A stretch of DNA of 64,000 nt from positions 1,216,001 to 1,280,000 of the forward strand of contig CBDESU010000002.1 in NCBI GenBank assembly GCA_965242695.1, in the 5' to 3' direction. The notes below the pieces were generated by a model that ran no database searches, was not told the origin of the DNA, and was given only the letters and a program-made list of their open reading frames with translations. This document shows positions 54,250 to 63,900 of this stretch, in pieces; positions within the stretch are counted from its first letter, which is position 1, and each line of letters opens with the position of its first letter. Made by a program: the position numbers and the translations under genes. The DNA is from Cenarchaeum sp. GTDB lineage: Archaea; Thermoproteota; Nitrososphaeria; Nitrososphaerales; Nitrosopumilaceae.

Positions 54250-55248
54250 TCACCTGCGCTGCGCATGCCCTACCATCTCCGATATCCTTCCAAACCCGTC
54301 GTCCTCCATGTACGATGCCAGCCCCGCGTTGATGCGCGAGAATACACCCGTCCCGCCGGGGCCAGCCGCGGCGCTGCCGACCTGCACGGCGCGGGCGCCG
54401 GCGAGTATGAACTCGGCCGCATCCTCCCACGAGCCCACGCCCCCGCAGCCGACCACGGGGATGCTGACGGCGCCGGCAAGCTCGTAGACGCACCTTACGG
54501 CGACGGGGCGTATGGGCGCCCCCGACAGGCCCCCGATGCGGTTGCTCAGGACGGGCCTCTTCGCATGCACGTCGATCCTCATGGCCCTCACTGTGTTTAT
54601 CGCGGTTATGGCCGAGGCGCCGGCATCGGCGGCCGCCTCGGCCGTCCGTATGAAGTGGGTCGTGCCCAGCCCGACCTTTGCCATAACGGGCGCGTCCGTG
54701 GCGCCTGCCGCCGCGGCGACTATCTTCCTTACGAGGCCCAGGTCGTCGCCGACCTCCAGCCCGACCCTTGCGACGTGGGGGCACGAGAGGTTTAGCTCGT
54801 ACGCGGCGATGCCGCCTCCGCCGCGCCCGCACCTGTCCTCGAACGCGCCGATCATCCGCACAAAGTCCGACTCTGCCGAGCCGACGAGGCTCGCGACGAC
54901 GGGAGCGCCGATCGGCTCCCCCGTCCTGCTGCCCGCGCTATCGCCGGCCTTCGACTCGCCGCCCCCGCACGCGGCGATCATGTCTGCCATGCCGGCGGCG
55001 CCGGGGTTGGACAGGCCTACCGCGTTGAGCCAGCCCCCGTCGATGCCGGCCCCGACGACGGTGGGATTGGCGTAGCCGTCCCACGGCTCGGTACTGACGG
55101 ACTTTGTCACGACGGCGCCGGCGCCCTCGGCGGCCAGCCGCCTGAACACGTCGGTCGAGATTCCGAGTATGCCGGATGCGAGCATCGCGGGGGCGGCCAT
55201 CCTGAACGACCCGCACACGTCGACTGCCAAGCTCGGCGCCACGGCCAT
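54250..55248 (-). CDS. pyrD: Dihydroorotate dehydrogenase, family 1B catalytic subunit
   Basis: LASGILG, NAVGLSNPG, ELNLSCPH, GGLSG, VQVGSA. Confidence 0.95.
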   Translation of the reverse strand: MAVAPSLAVDVCGSFRMAAPAMLASGILGISTDVFRRLAAEGAGAVVTKSVSTEPWDGYANPTVVGAGIDGGWLNAVGLSNPGAAGMADMIAACGGGESKAGDSAGSRTGEPIGAPVVASLVGSAESDFVRMIGAFEDRCGRGGGGIAAYELNLSCPHVARVGLEVGDDLGLVRKIVAAAAGATDAPVMAKVGLGTTHFIRTAEAAADAGASAITAINTVRAMRIDVHAKRPVLSNRIGGLSGAPIRPVAVRCVYELAGAVSIPVVGCGGVGSWEDAAEFILAGARAVQVGSAAAGPGGTGVFSRINAGLASYMEDDGFGRISEMVGHAQRR

Positions 55249-55371
55249 GGCGGCGCATCCTGGTTAATAATGGTTGGCGGCCGGCGCCGGGTCGGTTCGC
55301 ACTGCCGTCCTCCCGTGCGGTAGCCGCACCCCTGCCCTGCTCGGGGCACTGCTTGCCGCAGGTATTCGCTC

Positions 55372-55856
55372 AGCCGGCAGGATTTGTCCCGAGCGGCGCC
55401 CTTAATACCGCCCCGCCAACCTTCTCGGCGATGGCGGCCAGGCAGGAGGTTCTAGGCAGGAAAAAGGCGGGGAATAAGGCGCACCGCGCCGATCCGACCG
55501 TGGCCGAGTCGGCCGTGGTTGGCATAGCCGCCGCCGACGCGGCCGCAATGCCCGCGGGATGGAAGCCTAGCCGGTTCTTCGGGGCGTGGAAAAAGGAGGT
55601 AGCCGAGACGGCGGGGATGGACCTTGTCTGGAGCAACATGGGGCACTACGCTGGGTTTACGCCCGACTCGCTGGTGGAGGCCGTTGAATCGATCCTGCGC
55701 ACAACCGTAATGCGTGCCTACAAGTCGGACGACATTCACGAGGTAATTCTCGCATCGGACAACGACGGCGGCGCCATGCGGGCGTATGCTACCGCATTTG
55801 TGGACGCGTTTTGGAGGGACTTTTGGACCGAGTACCGCAAGAAGTACCCCGAGCCG
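55372..55856 (+). repeat. Diverged direct repeat copy 1 (promoter + gene X)
   Basis: AGCCGGCAGGATTTG..TTAATACCGCCC..ATGGCGGCCAGGCAGG homologous to 57998-58482. Confidence 0.85.
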
Positions 55857-55892
55857 AGAATCTCTTTGCGCCGCATCGGAGCCGTACCATAA
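55431..55892 (+). CDS. Hypothetical protein, gene X paralog A
   Basis: ATG after TTAATA box; close paralog at 58057 with many synonymous differences. Confidence 0.75.
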   Translation: MAARQEVLGRKKAGNKAHRADPTVAESAVVGIAAADAAAMPAGWKPSRFFGAWKKEVAETAGMDLVWSNMGHYAGFTPDSLVEAVESILRTTVMRAYKSDDIHEVILASDNDGGAMRAYATAFVDAFWRDFWTEYRKKYPEPRISLRRIGAVP

Positions 55893-56005
55893 CCGAACAA
55901 CTTCGTGCGATCATGAGGCACAAGATGCGGATCGTTTGAGGGTCTGTACTGACATTGATCCGTCGCATGTACAAACCCGCATGCCTTGCATATTCCCTGC
56001 GCGGC

Positions 56006-57184
56006 CTAGGGCTGAGTAGCGTAGCCGACGCTGGCTGCCGCAAGCTGGGATATCACTTCCCTTTCCGCCTCTCGAAAGCCATCTTGCCCCTTTTTCCAAA
56101 AGCCCTCCCATGCGCTGTTCAGTATGGCGGAGATGCTTGTGGCACCTGCACCTTTTTCCTCTACTGTGGCATCGACGTAGCCGCGGAGGCCCGTCTGCCG
56201 CAGCGCACCCATGATGGCAGCGGTGATTTCATTGAGGATGTGGGCCGGAAAAGCATACTCGTACGCGGGCGTAGGCGCGCTGTACACGGGCGGCATTGCG
56301 TCCCACAACTCCCTGATCCTGGCCGCATCGCGCGCATTCCCTAGCATAACTAACCCCGCATCAAGCATGCGCATCCTGGCGTCGTCGGACGGGTGCGTCT
56401 GATTACCGGGCATGTCAAGCCTGTAAATTTCTGGCGAGGATTTGGACACTAGGTGCAAGTTGGCCCATGCATACGCAGGCCCAGCCGCGAACAAAGCAAA
56501 GAGGTCGCAAAAGGCCTCTTCCAACCACTCTCCCTTCCACTTAAGCATCATCCACTCTATGTCGGTTCGCACCGGCGGGGGCGTGGTATGCCGGCGCTTG
56601 GTGATCTCCAGCCCCCTGTAGTAGTCGTCGATGGCCCTCGTAGCCCTGTTTATTCCTGCCATGATTGGAGGTAAGCTTGCGGCCATGGCGTGGTCGTATA
56701 AATGGTGGCCTAGCTCATGATAAAAATCCGGCATGTGTAGCAGGAACCCTGTTTCGGACAGAGGAACAAATATGGTATTCATTTGCATATAGGTAAAGTA
56801 GTGCTCATTCGACGTGCATGATACCGCGGGGCACGGAAACTCCAGACCTATCTCGCGATGCATCAAGAAAAGAACATGGTTTAAAAGCCCAGATTCTTCG
56901 CTTTGGCAGTGCAGTGGCGGCATGCCGTACCCCTCGACCGCGCCTATGTTTCTGTCGCAAATTTTGATGATCTTGAGAGCCAGAGTGGCGCCGCCCTCGC
57001 CAACGCTATCAAGCGTGGTGGACGTAGCGGCGAGCAGTTGTCTCTGCTGGGCTAGGCGGCTCCTGCACTCGGATGCCAGATTCTCAAGGTTGGGATGCAC
57101 TTGAGTGTCCGGTATCATGCATGCCAGCGATTGTGCACGGTTTGCTTGCTCAGAGATCAGCCGCTTTAGGTATGGTACGATCAT
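56006..57184 (-). CDS. HExxH zinc metallopeptidase-like protein (Lit/M48-like motif set)
   Basis: FYHELGHHL, WLEEAFCDLFA..GPAY, THPSDDARM; ATG overlaps upstream stop (ATGA); lower GC. Confidence 0.75.
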   Translation of the reverse strand: MIVPYLKRLISEQANRAQSLACMIPDTQVHPNLENLASECRSRLAQQRQLLAATSTTLDSVGEGGATLALKIIKICDRNIGAVEGYGMPPLHCQSEESGLLNHVLFLMHREIGLEFPCPAVSCTSNEHYFTYMQMNTIFVPLSETGFLLHMPDFYHELGHHLYDHAMAASLPPIMAGINRATRAIDDYYRGLEITKRRHTTPPPVRTDIEWMMLKWKGEWLEEAFCDLFALFAAGPAYAWANLHLVSKSSPEIYRLDMPGNQTHPSDDARMRMLDAGLVMLGNARDAARIRELWDAMPPVYSAPTPAYEYAFPAHILNEITAAIMGALRQTGLRGYVDATVEEKGAGATSISAILNSAWEGFWKKGQDGFREAEREVISQLAAASVGYATQP

Positions 57185-57585
57185 TTCCTGCGAATCTCCC
57201 TGTACAGGCAGCCACACACGTAGTCGAGGGCGTCGGATACGTCGTTGAGCGCCGCCATGTCTTCATCTGAGAGGAACACGCCGTCGCCCTTTTCTAGCCT
57301 TGCAGTGACCGACAGCAAGTCTTCCCTGACGCGCGGCCAGTTGTCGTGGTGGCGGGCATGCAGGAATTTTGACATCTTCTCGCCGTTGATCCCCAAATTG
57401 TAGTGGTTTATGCCCTTGAAGTACAGGCAGAGCGGGGCAAGGATGTCTAGGATGCTCTTGGTCTCGTCTGGCTGCGGCTCCCTTCGTCCTTCGCGTGTCC
57501 TGAGCGACTCGAGCACTAGGACATACGGCGTGAGCAGCTCCGAGGCGCGGTAGAGCCTAGTGGAGATCACGCTCAATCCGCTCAC
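57181..57585 (-). CDS. 134-aa helical partner protein, translationally coupled to the peptidase
   Basis: GGAGGGTGA SD before GTG; ATGA overlap with next gene. Confidence 0.7.
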   Translation of the reverse strand: MSGLSVISTRLYRASELLTPYVLVLESLRTREGRREPQPDETKSILDILAPLCLYFKGINHYNLGINGEKMSKFLHARHHDNWPRVREDLLSVTARLEKGDGVFLSDEDMAALNDVSDALDYVCGCLYREIRRK

Positions 57586-57997
57586 TCGGACTCACCCTCC
57601 ATCCATGATGTACCGCACACGTCCTGCTTCGCCACCGCATCTGCCCGCACGCCGCATCTTATAATGTTTAACCTGCGACCGGCGGGCGTTTGGACCTACG
57701 GGACGACTAGGCGGGCGTGGTAGGCTCCGCACGGCTGGGCGACGGCGACGGCGACGGCGACGGCGGGCGTAGTGCCTCACTGCCGCCGCCCCTGTGCGCC
57801 AGGCATGGTTAGAGGCGCGCCTGCCCGTGCCAGCTTTTTCATGGGCACGCCCGCATGTAATCACGTGCCAGCATGTGCCCCTCCTCTTACTCCGGCCGCC
57901 CGTAAGAAGTGGAATGCTACCGCCTCATCTTGGCTCGACGCAGTGACGTCTCCCTCTGCCCCCGCGCGCCCTACAGTGCAGCAACCGGGATGCATTT

Positions 57998-58482
57998 AGC
58001 CGGCAGGATTTGCCCCGAGCGCCGCCTTTAATACCGCCCTGCCGACCTTCTCGGCGATGGCGGCCAGGCAGGCGGTTCTCAGCAGGAAAGAGGGGGAGAA
58101 GAAGAGGCGGCGCGCGTATCCCACCGTGGTCGAGTCGGCCGTGGTTGGCATAGCCGCCGCCGACGCGGCCGCAATGCCCGCGGAATGGAAGCCAAGCCGG
58201 TTCTTCGGGGCGTGGAAAAAAGAGGTCGGCAAGACGGCTGGCATGAACCTTGTCTGGAGCAACATGGGGCACTACGCGGGCTTTACGCCCGACTCGCTGG
58301 TGGAGGCCGTCGACTTGATCCTGCGCATAACAGCAATCCGTACCTACAAGTCAGACGACATACACGAGGTGATTCTTGCATCGGACAACGACGGCAGCGC
58401 CATGCGAGCGTACGCGACCGCGTTCGTGGACGCATTCTGGAGGGATTTCTGGACGGAATACCGCGAGAAATACCCGGAGCCC
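57998..58482 (+). repeat. Diverged direct repeat copy 2 (promoter + gene X)
   Basis: Homologous to 55372-55856. Confidence 0.85.
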
Positions 58483-58533
58483 GGGATGGCGGCGGGGGCT
58501 GTAGCCGGCCTCGCTATGCGCCTGGCCCGGTGA
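58057..58533 (+). CDS. Hypothetical protein, gene X paralog B
   Basis: WKPSRFFGAWKKEV, WSNMGHYAGFTPDSLVEAV, YKSDDIHEVILASDND, FWRDFWTEY shared with paralog A. Confidence 0.75.
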   Translation: MAARQAVLSRKEGEKKRRRAYPTVVESAVVGIAAADAAAMPAEWKPSRFFGAWKKEVGKTAGMNLVWSNMGHYAGFTPDSLVEAVDLILRITAIRTYKSDDIHEVILASDNDGSAMRAYATAFVDAFWRDFWTEYREKYPEPGMAAGAVAGLAMRLAR

Positions 58534-59366
58534 CCTTGTACCTCCTCCTCAATTCCTTGGTCACAACACGATCGATACCGGCGTCCTGCATCACAACAAA
58601 TTCCGTCCCTGGCGGGATCGACGTACCGTCGGGCACCCTTATCTCCGACTCGGCGGCATGCACTGCCTCCTTCGGATCGTCGATTCTTTCATCGCTTTCC
58701 CGCATGCGCCGGGGCAAGGTGGTATACCATACGCAGCGTATGCTGGTGTGGATAATGTTGCCTATGGGCACTTGAATCTTGATTTTGCGCCCCCCGAACC
58801 ACAATTCGGGATTGACTGTGAGTGCCTTGAAGCCGCACCGCGTCCCGTCCTCCTCGATCCTGCTCTCGAACGTCCCACTCGTGTAGCTCTCGAGCTCAGG
58901 CGGGTCGATCCACCGGTATGCGTGATCCGAGCCGAGGGCCGTCCCGCAGAGCCAGGCACTGAACGCGCACATCGTCTCCTCCGAGTCTATGATCCTGCGG
59001 TATCCCGCTCGATCCTCCACGAGCGCATCTAGAAACAGCCGGTCGGACTCGGCCCTGTCTTTTTCGCATCTGGGCAGCCTCGTATCTCCCGAACACTTCG
59101 CTGCTCCCAAAGTATTTTTCGTCGACTACGCCCTCGTATTTCTGAACGGTCTGCCCTACATCTTCTGCTGCCGACAGTACTCCCTGCATGGAAAGCGAGT
59201 CAAACGTGGCAATCTTTTTGCGCACGCCGCAGATGTCGATCGAGTGGCCCGGCGCTATCCTAGTCGCGCTGGCGGCGCCGCCGAAGCCTCTGCGCCCCGG
59301 CCCCTCGCGCTGCGCTGCGCCCCACCCGCCTTCGGGAGCCGACCATACGGCTGCCGTGTTCGCCAT
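58514..59366 (-). pseudogene. ADP-ribosyltransferase-fold-like protein, apparently frameshifted at an A5 tract (59060-59064)
   Basis: ATG 59366 ~25 nt after TTAAATA; removing one A joins ..QMRK to DRAESDRLF..; AYRW / FKALT / ESEIRV motifs. Confidence 0.5.
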
Positions 59367-59548
59367 AGCCGCGTCAATCTGAGCAGTTCTATTTAACCGT
59401 TGTATAAGGTACTAGGACATTACGCAAGATGCCCGCTGTGCAGCCGTGCAGTGGCCTGCCCCCGCGCCGAGCGCCCGCCGCGAAGCATGCGGACGGGTGC
59501 CGAGGCGCCGACCGGATCCGCCCCTCGCCGGGCCGCCGCCCGCGGCCG

Positions 59549-60766
59549 CTACTCGTCTGGCACCTTGTACCACTTGCGCGGCTGGAAGAACCGCTTGACG
59601 AGCAGGGCCGTGCCGGCAAGGTACACGAATATGCCGATCGGCTCGATCCAGTTGCGGCCCGACTCGCCGGCCGTTATGCCGAGCGCGGGCTCTACGACGA
59701 ACAGGAACAGCGCGCCGACCATGAGCGGGGCCATGGCGACAAAGAACAGCATGAGCGTGACAGAGTCCCTGAACGCCCTTGCCAGGTCCCTGTACGAGCC
59801 GTGCGGCCTCTTCCACCTGCCGGGGCCGACCCACACCTGCATGCCGCTCGCGTACCAGTGGACCATCCCCTGCAGGAACATGGCGCCAATGATGTTGCCG
59901 AGCGTGACGGGCACCAGGTTCTTGAACCACGCCTCGCCCCAGGTGTACTCGCCGCCCGCCCACAGGCCGGCCGAGAGCGCAAAGTGGTTTACGATGCTGT
60001 GCTCGAACCCGATCGCAAAGAATATCGAGGCCGGTATCCCGATGAGCAGCACCTTGCCGACTATATCCTTGGTGCGGTACGCGCCCCACACGCCCATTGC
60101 GATCAGCCAGTTGGCCAGTATGGCCCTGTAGAAGAGCTCGTCCCACGTGTGGCCGCTTACCTTTTTCTCGCCGATGCCGGCCATGACTTCCATGAGCGGC
60201 GCGCCGAACGAGCCGGCCTGCGAGGCCCCCACGATGATGAGCCACCCTACGACGAACCCGCCTACCCAGTGGCCCGAGTGGGTGATCGACCACTCCCAGA
60301 GCACCTCCCTCCACCGCGCCTGCCGCGTCATCAGCGACACGCTCGCAGTCAGGTAGTCGCCCGTCACGAGGTTCGAGCCGTACAGTATGACGAGGACCAG
60401 CGCCGACACGCCGAACATCATAAAGCCGAGGAACTTGCCTAGGCCCCCCGACAGGTCGTCCGTGACGGCGAACATGACGGCCCACGCCAGGAACGCGCCG
60501 AACGCCAGGTATGCGGTCGCCTGCCAGCCGAGCAGTATGCCCTGCGCGGGGTTTACCTTTGACTTTGAGACGCCCATCGCGCTGAGGGTGCGGATGGTGT
60601 CGGGCAGGTTGAACAGGCCCGTGTTGATGCGCGGCGGGCCCTCGCCGTCGGGGCCCTCGCCGGGGGAGGCCGACCGGCTCTCGCCGGGCCCCGCCTTTAC
60701 GTCGTCCTTTTCGGTCGTCACGCCGGTCCGGCCCTCGGCCGGCCCGGTCGCGTCCCCGTCCGCCAC
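59549..60766 (-). CDS. Formate/nitrite transporter (FNT family) with C-terminal TM extension
   Basis: GSNLVTGD, RAILANWLIAMGVW, FFAIGFEHSIVN, NLVPVTLGNIIG; GTG 60766 after TTTTATTA. Confidence 0.88.
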   Translation of the reverse strand: MADGDATGPAEGRTGVTTEKDDVKAGPGESRSASPGEGPDGEGPPRINTGLFNLPDTIRTLSAMGVSKSKVNPAQGILLGWQATAYLAFGAFLAWAVMFAVTDDLSGGLGKFLGFMMFGVSALVLVILYGSNLVTGDYLTASVSLMTRQARWREVLWEWSITHSGHWVGGFVVGWLIIVGASQAGSFGAPLMEVMAGIGEKKVSGHTWDELFYRAILANWLIAMGVWGAYRTKDIVGKVLLIGIPASIFFAIGFEHSIVNHFALSAGLWAGGEYTWGEAWFKNLVPVTLGNIIGAMFLQGMVHWYASGMQVWVGPGRWKRPHGSYRDLARAFRDSVTLMLFFVAMAPLMVGALFLFVVEPALGITAGESGRNWIEPIGIFVYLAGTALLVKRFFQPRKWYKVPDE

Positions 60767-60921
60767 GCCGCGCGCCCCTGCATGCACGTAATAAAACCGA
60801 TTGCGGCCATGCCGGGGCCGCGCCACACTGCCCCCGGGGGAGGGGGCAGTGCCATCCACTGTAGCCGCGTTGCCGCCTGCCACGGATTCAAACTTAATAT
60901 CCGCGGCCGCGGCCGCGCCGC

Positions 60922-63900
60922 GTGTCGGAGACAACCACCGCGGCGCGCCGGGGCGGCGGCCGTGCCCGGCGCCCCGCGGCGGTCGGCGCCGCGGCGGTAG
61001 CGATAGCGGCCGCCGCCATAGTGGCGTCGGGCATCCCCGACTCGCCGTTCCACGCCGCGGCCCAGTCGCCCGACACCACGCCGCCGTCCCTCCAGGGCGC
61101 CACGCAGGCGCTCAACCTGAACGCCGTGCCGCCGACGCTGACTATATCGTTCGACGAGGACGTCCTTGCCGCCCCCTTGGGCGCCGTACCGGGCGCGAAC
61201 ATGTCGCTCGTCGAGATCGTCGGCGTGTCCGGCCGCCCTGTAGTCGGGCTGGCCGGTGCCTCCGCCGCCCACGCAGCCGGGTCCCAGTCGACGCTGGTCG
61301 CAAACCTCACGGCGTCGCAGCATGCGGCCGCCTCGGCGGCGCACCGCGTCGCCGCTCCGCTCACCCTCACGGTGCGCTACGGCGCGGTCTACGACGCGTC
61401 GGGCAACGCGTTTGGCGGCCGGTCCGAGGCCGGCCTAGACGTGGTGCCCGACACGACGGCCCCCTCGGCCGCCGGCTCGGCCTTTGTACTGAACCTCACG
61501 GACGGGACGCTCCGCATGCACTTTGACGAGCCGATCGACGCGGCCGCTGCCGACCTGCGCGGCGTGACAGTCCTCGTGCAGACGGCGCCCGGCGAGATCG
61601 CCGCGACGGGCATGGGCGGCGCGTCGGCCATGCAGGGCGAGTCCGGCGAGCTCGTCATATCGCTATCCGCCGAACAGCGCCTACGCCTTGTCGGCCTGCG
61701 CCAGACCGGCGCCGGCTCGGCCGCCGACGCGGTGACCGTGACCGTGACGCACACCGCGATACCAGACTTTGCCGGGAACCACTGGTTGGGCACGCTGTTC
61801 GGATCTGCCCGGCCCGCCGTCATAGACGATGCGTCGGGGCCGTCCCTGCTGCCGCCTCCGATCCGCCCTCTGCTGAACCTGCGCGCCGGCTCGCTTGCGC
61901 TGTACTTTGACGAGGCGGTCAACCGAACGTCGGCGCGCCCCGGGCTGATCAACGTCACGCATGCGGGGCATCCGGAATCCGGACTCGGCGCCACGACGGT
62001 GGGCCTGGGAGGCGCGCATGTAGCCTCGCACGCCGACTCTGACGTGCTGGTGATCGCCCTGACGGAGGGGCAGGCGGGGTCGCTCAGGGCCCTGGCCGCG
62101 GCGGCCGCCGGCGAGGGCGGCATGCGCGCGGGGGCCCAGAACTGGACGGTCTCGCTGGCAAACGGCTCCGTGCGCGACATGGCTGGAAACCCGTCGGCCC
62201 CCGCCGCCGCAGCCCCCGCTGCGGCGGCCCACGCGGCCCCTGCGCGGCACGCGTGCATGGCCGCCGGCGGGGGGGACGGCCCGTGCCGGTACGGCATACT
62301 CGGGTCGTACGGCGAGGCGGCCGCGTGGAGCGGACAGGCGATTGCGGTCTCGGACGACGGCAGCCGCTCGTACGCCGCGTACGGCCCGCCGCCCGGCTCG
62401 CGCGCGGCGCGCATCGATGCCGTCGGACTCGCGCAGACCGGGGCCGGCGTCCGCCCCGTGCTCGCATCCGCCGAGTTCGAGCCGCCGGCATCCGGCGTCT
62501 CGTCGTCGGTGCATGCAATCGCGCTAGACGGGGCCGCGGGCGCGCCGCTAGCGGCGGTGCGGGAGGCGCCGTACGGCGGCGGAGGCGGCGGGGCGGGGCG
62601 CGCCTCGTCCTACCTGGCCCCCCTGCACCCTGCAACACTTGCAGAGGTGCAGCGCATTCCGCTCTCGTACGTCTCGCACAACGGGACCGCCGCGCCCGGC
62701 GATGCGCCCGCCTCTGTCGCAGCCGATGCGCCGCGCCGCCTCGTGCTTGCCGCCGTCTCGGATGCGCCCGCTAGTGCGGCCTCGCCGTACCGCACCCGCG
62801 GGGCCGTCCTGTCTGCCGACGTGGACGAGCTGCGGGCCCATGCGATGTACGCAGCGGCCGCCCCGGACAACTCGTCGGGGTACTACCATCCGTACCACGC
62901 CTGGCAGCCTGCGGCCGCGGCCGTAAACGAGACCTCGTTTGCCGCGGCCGGGAATGCGCCGGCTGTCGCGTACGTGGCCGGAGCGGCACTCGACGCCGCG
63001 GCCGCCGCATCGGGACTGGCATATCCGAACTCGTACGGAATCCACACGGTCGTATTCGGAAGCTCGTCGGCGTTCTCGCCAAACTACACGTCCGTCCACT
63101 CGCTGTCCCTGGCCGCACCACACGCGTCCCCGCACCCCGATGCGGCCTCGCTCGCAGTGGTATCGCTGGCCCTTGACGGCAACCCCGGCGGCGCCCTGTA
63201 CGCCCTGTACGCCAACGGCACCCTGGCGGCGCACGCGCTCGCGCCGGGCGCGCCGGGCGGCCCGGCGGCCGGATACGCGGTGCCCGCGCCGGGCATCGCA
63301 GTGGCGCACGGACTTGCCGTCCCGCGCCCGGGGATATCGATCGACGCAGGACGCGGCCTGCTGTACGCCGCGCCGACCGATCTCTCGTCCGTATTGGTGT
63401 ACGACCTGCGCGCCGCAGGCGGGCCCGCCCTGGCCGCCGAGGTGCCTGTTCCATATCCAGTCTCGGCCCTGGCGGCATCTGCCTCTGACGGGACCGTGCA
63501 CGTCCTGGGCGGCATGCCGGGCGGGCCGGACGCGCCGCCGGGCGCGGCCGCGTACATCGTGGGCCCCGGAGCGGCCCCGCTATCGCTGGACGGCCCGCCG
63601 TCGGCCGACCTGCGCGCCGGCATTCTGACGCTCCCGCTCGACAGGAGGGCCGATGCCGCATCGATCGACCCCTCGGGCATGGTCCTGTGGGGGTCCGGCG
63701 GCGGGTCGTCCGAGCCGGTGCGGCTCGCCGGCGCGTCCGTCCTGTCGTCGGGGTACACGACCGCGCCGGCAATCCTCCTGACCGAGGGGCAGAGGCGCGC
63801 CGCCGCGGCCGCGCACGCCTGGGACGGGCCGCTGCTCGCCAACCTGTCCGAGGGCGCGGTGCAGGGAGTGGTCGGCGCGCCGCTCGCCGCCGCCTCGTCG

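Noticed and set aside
57738-57766. (GGCGAC)n microsatellite as a regulatory switch
   Set aside because: Only ~4 units, intergenic, not within a recognisable promoter
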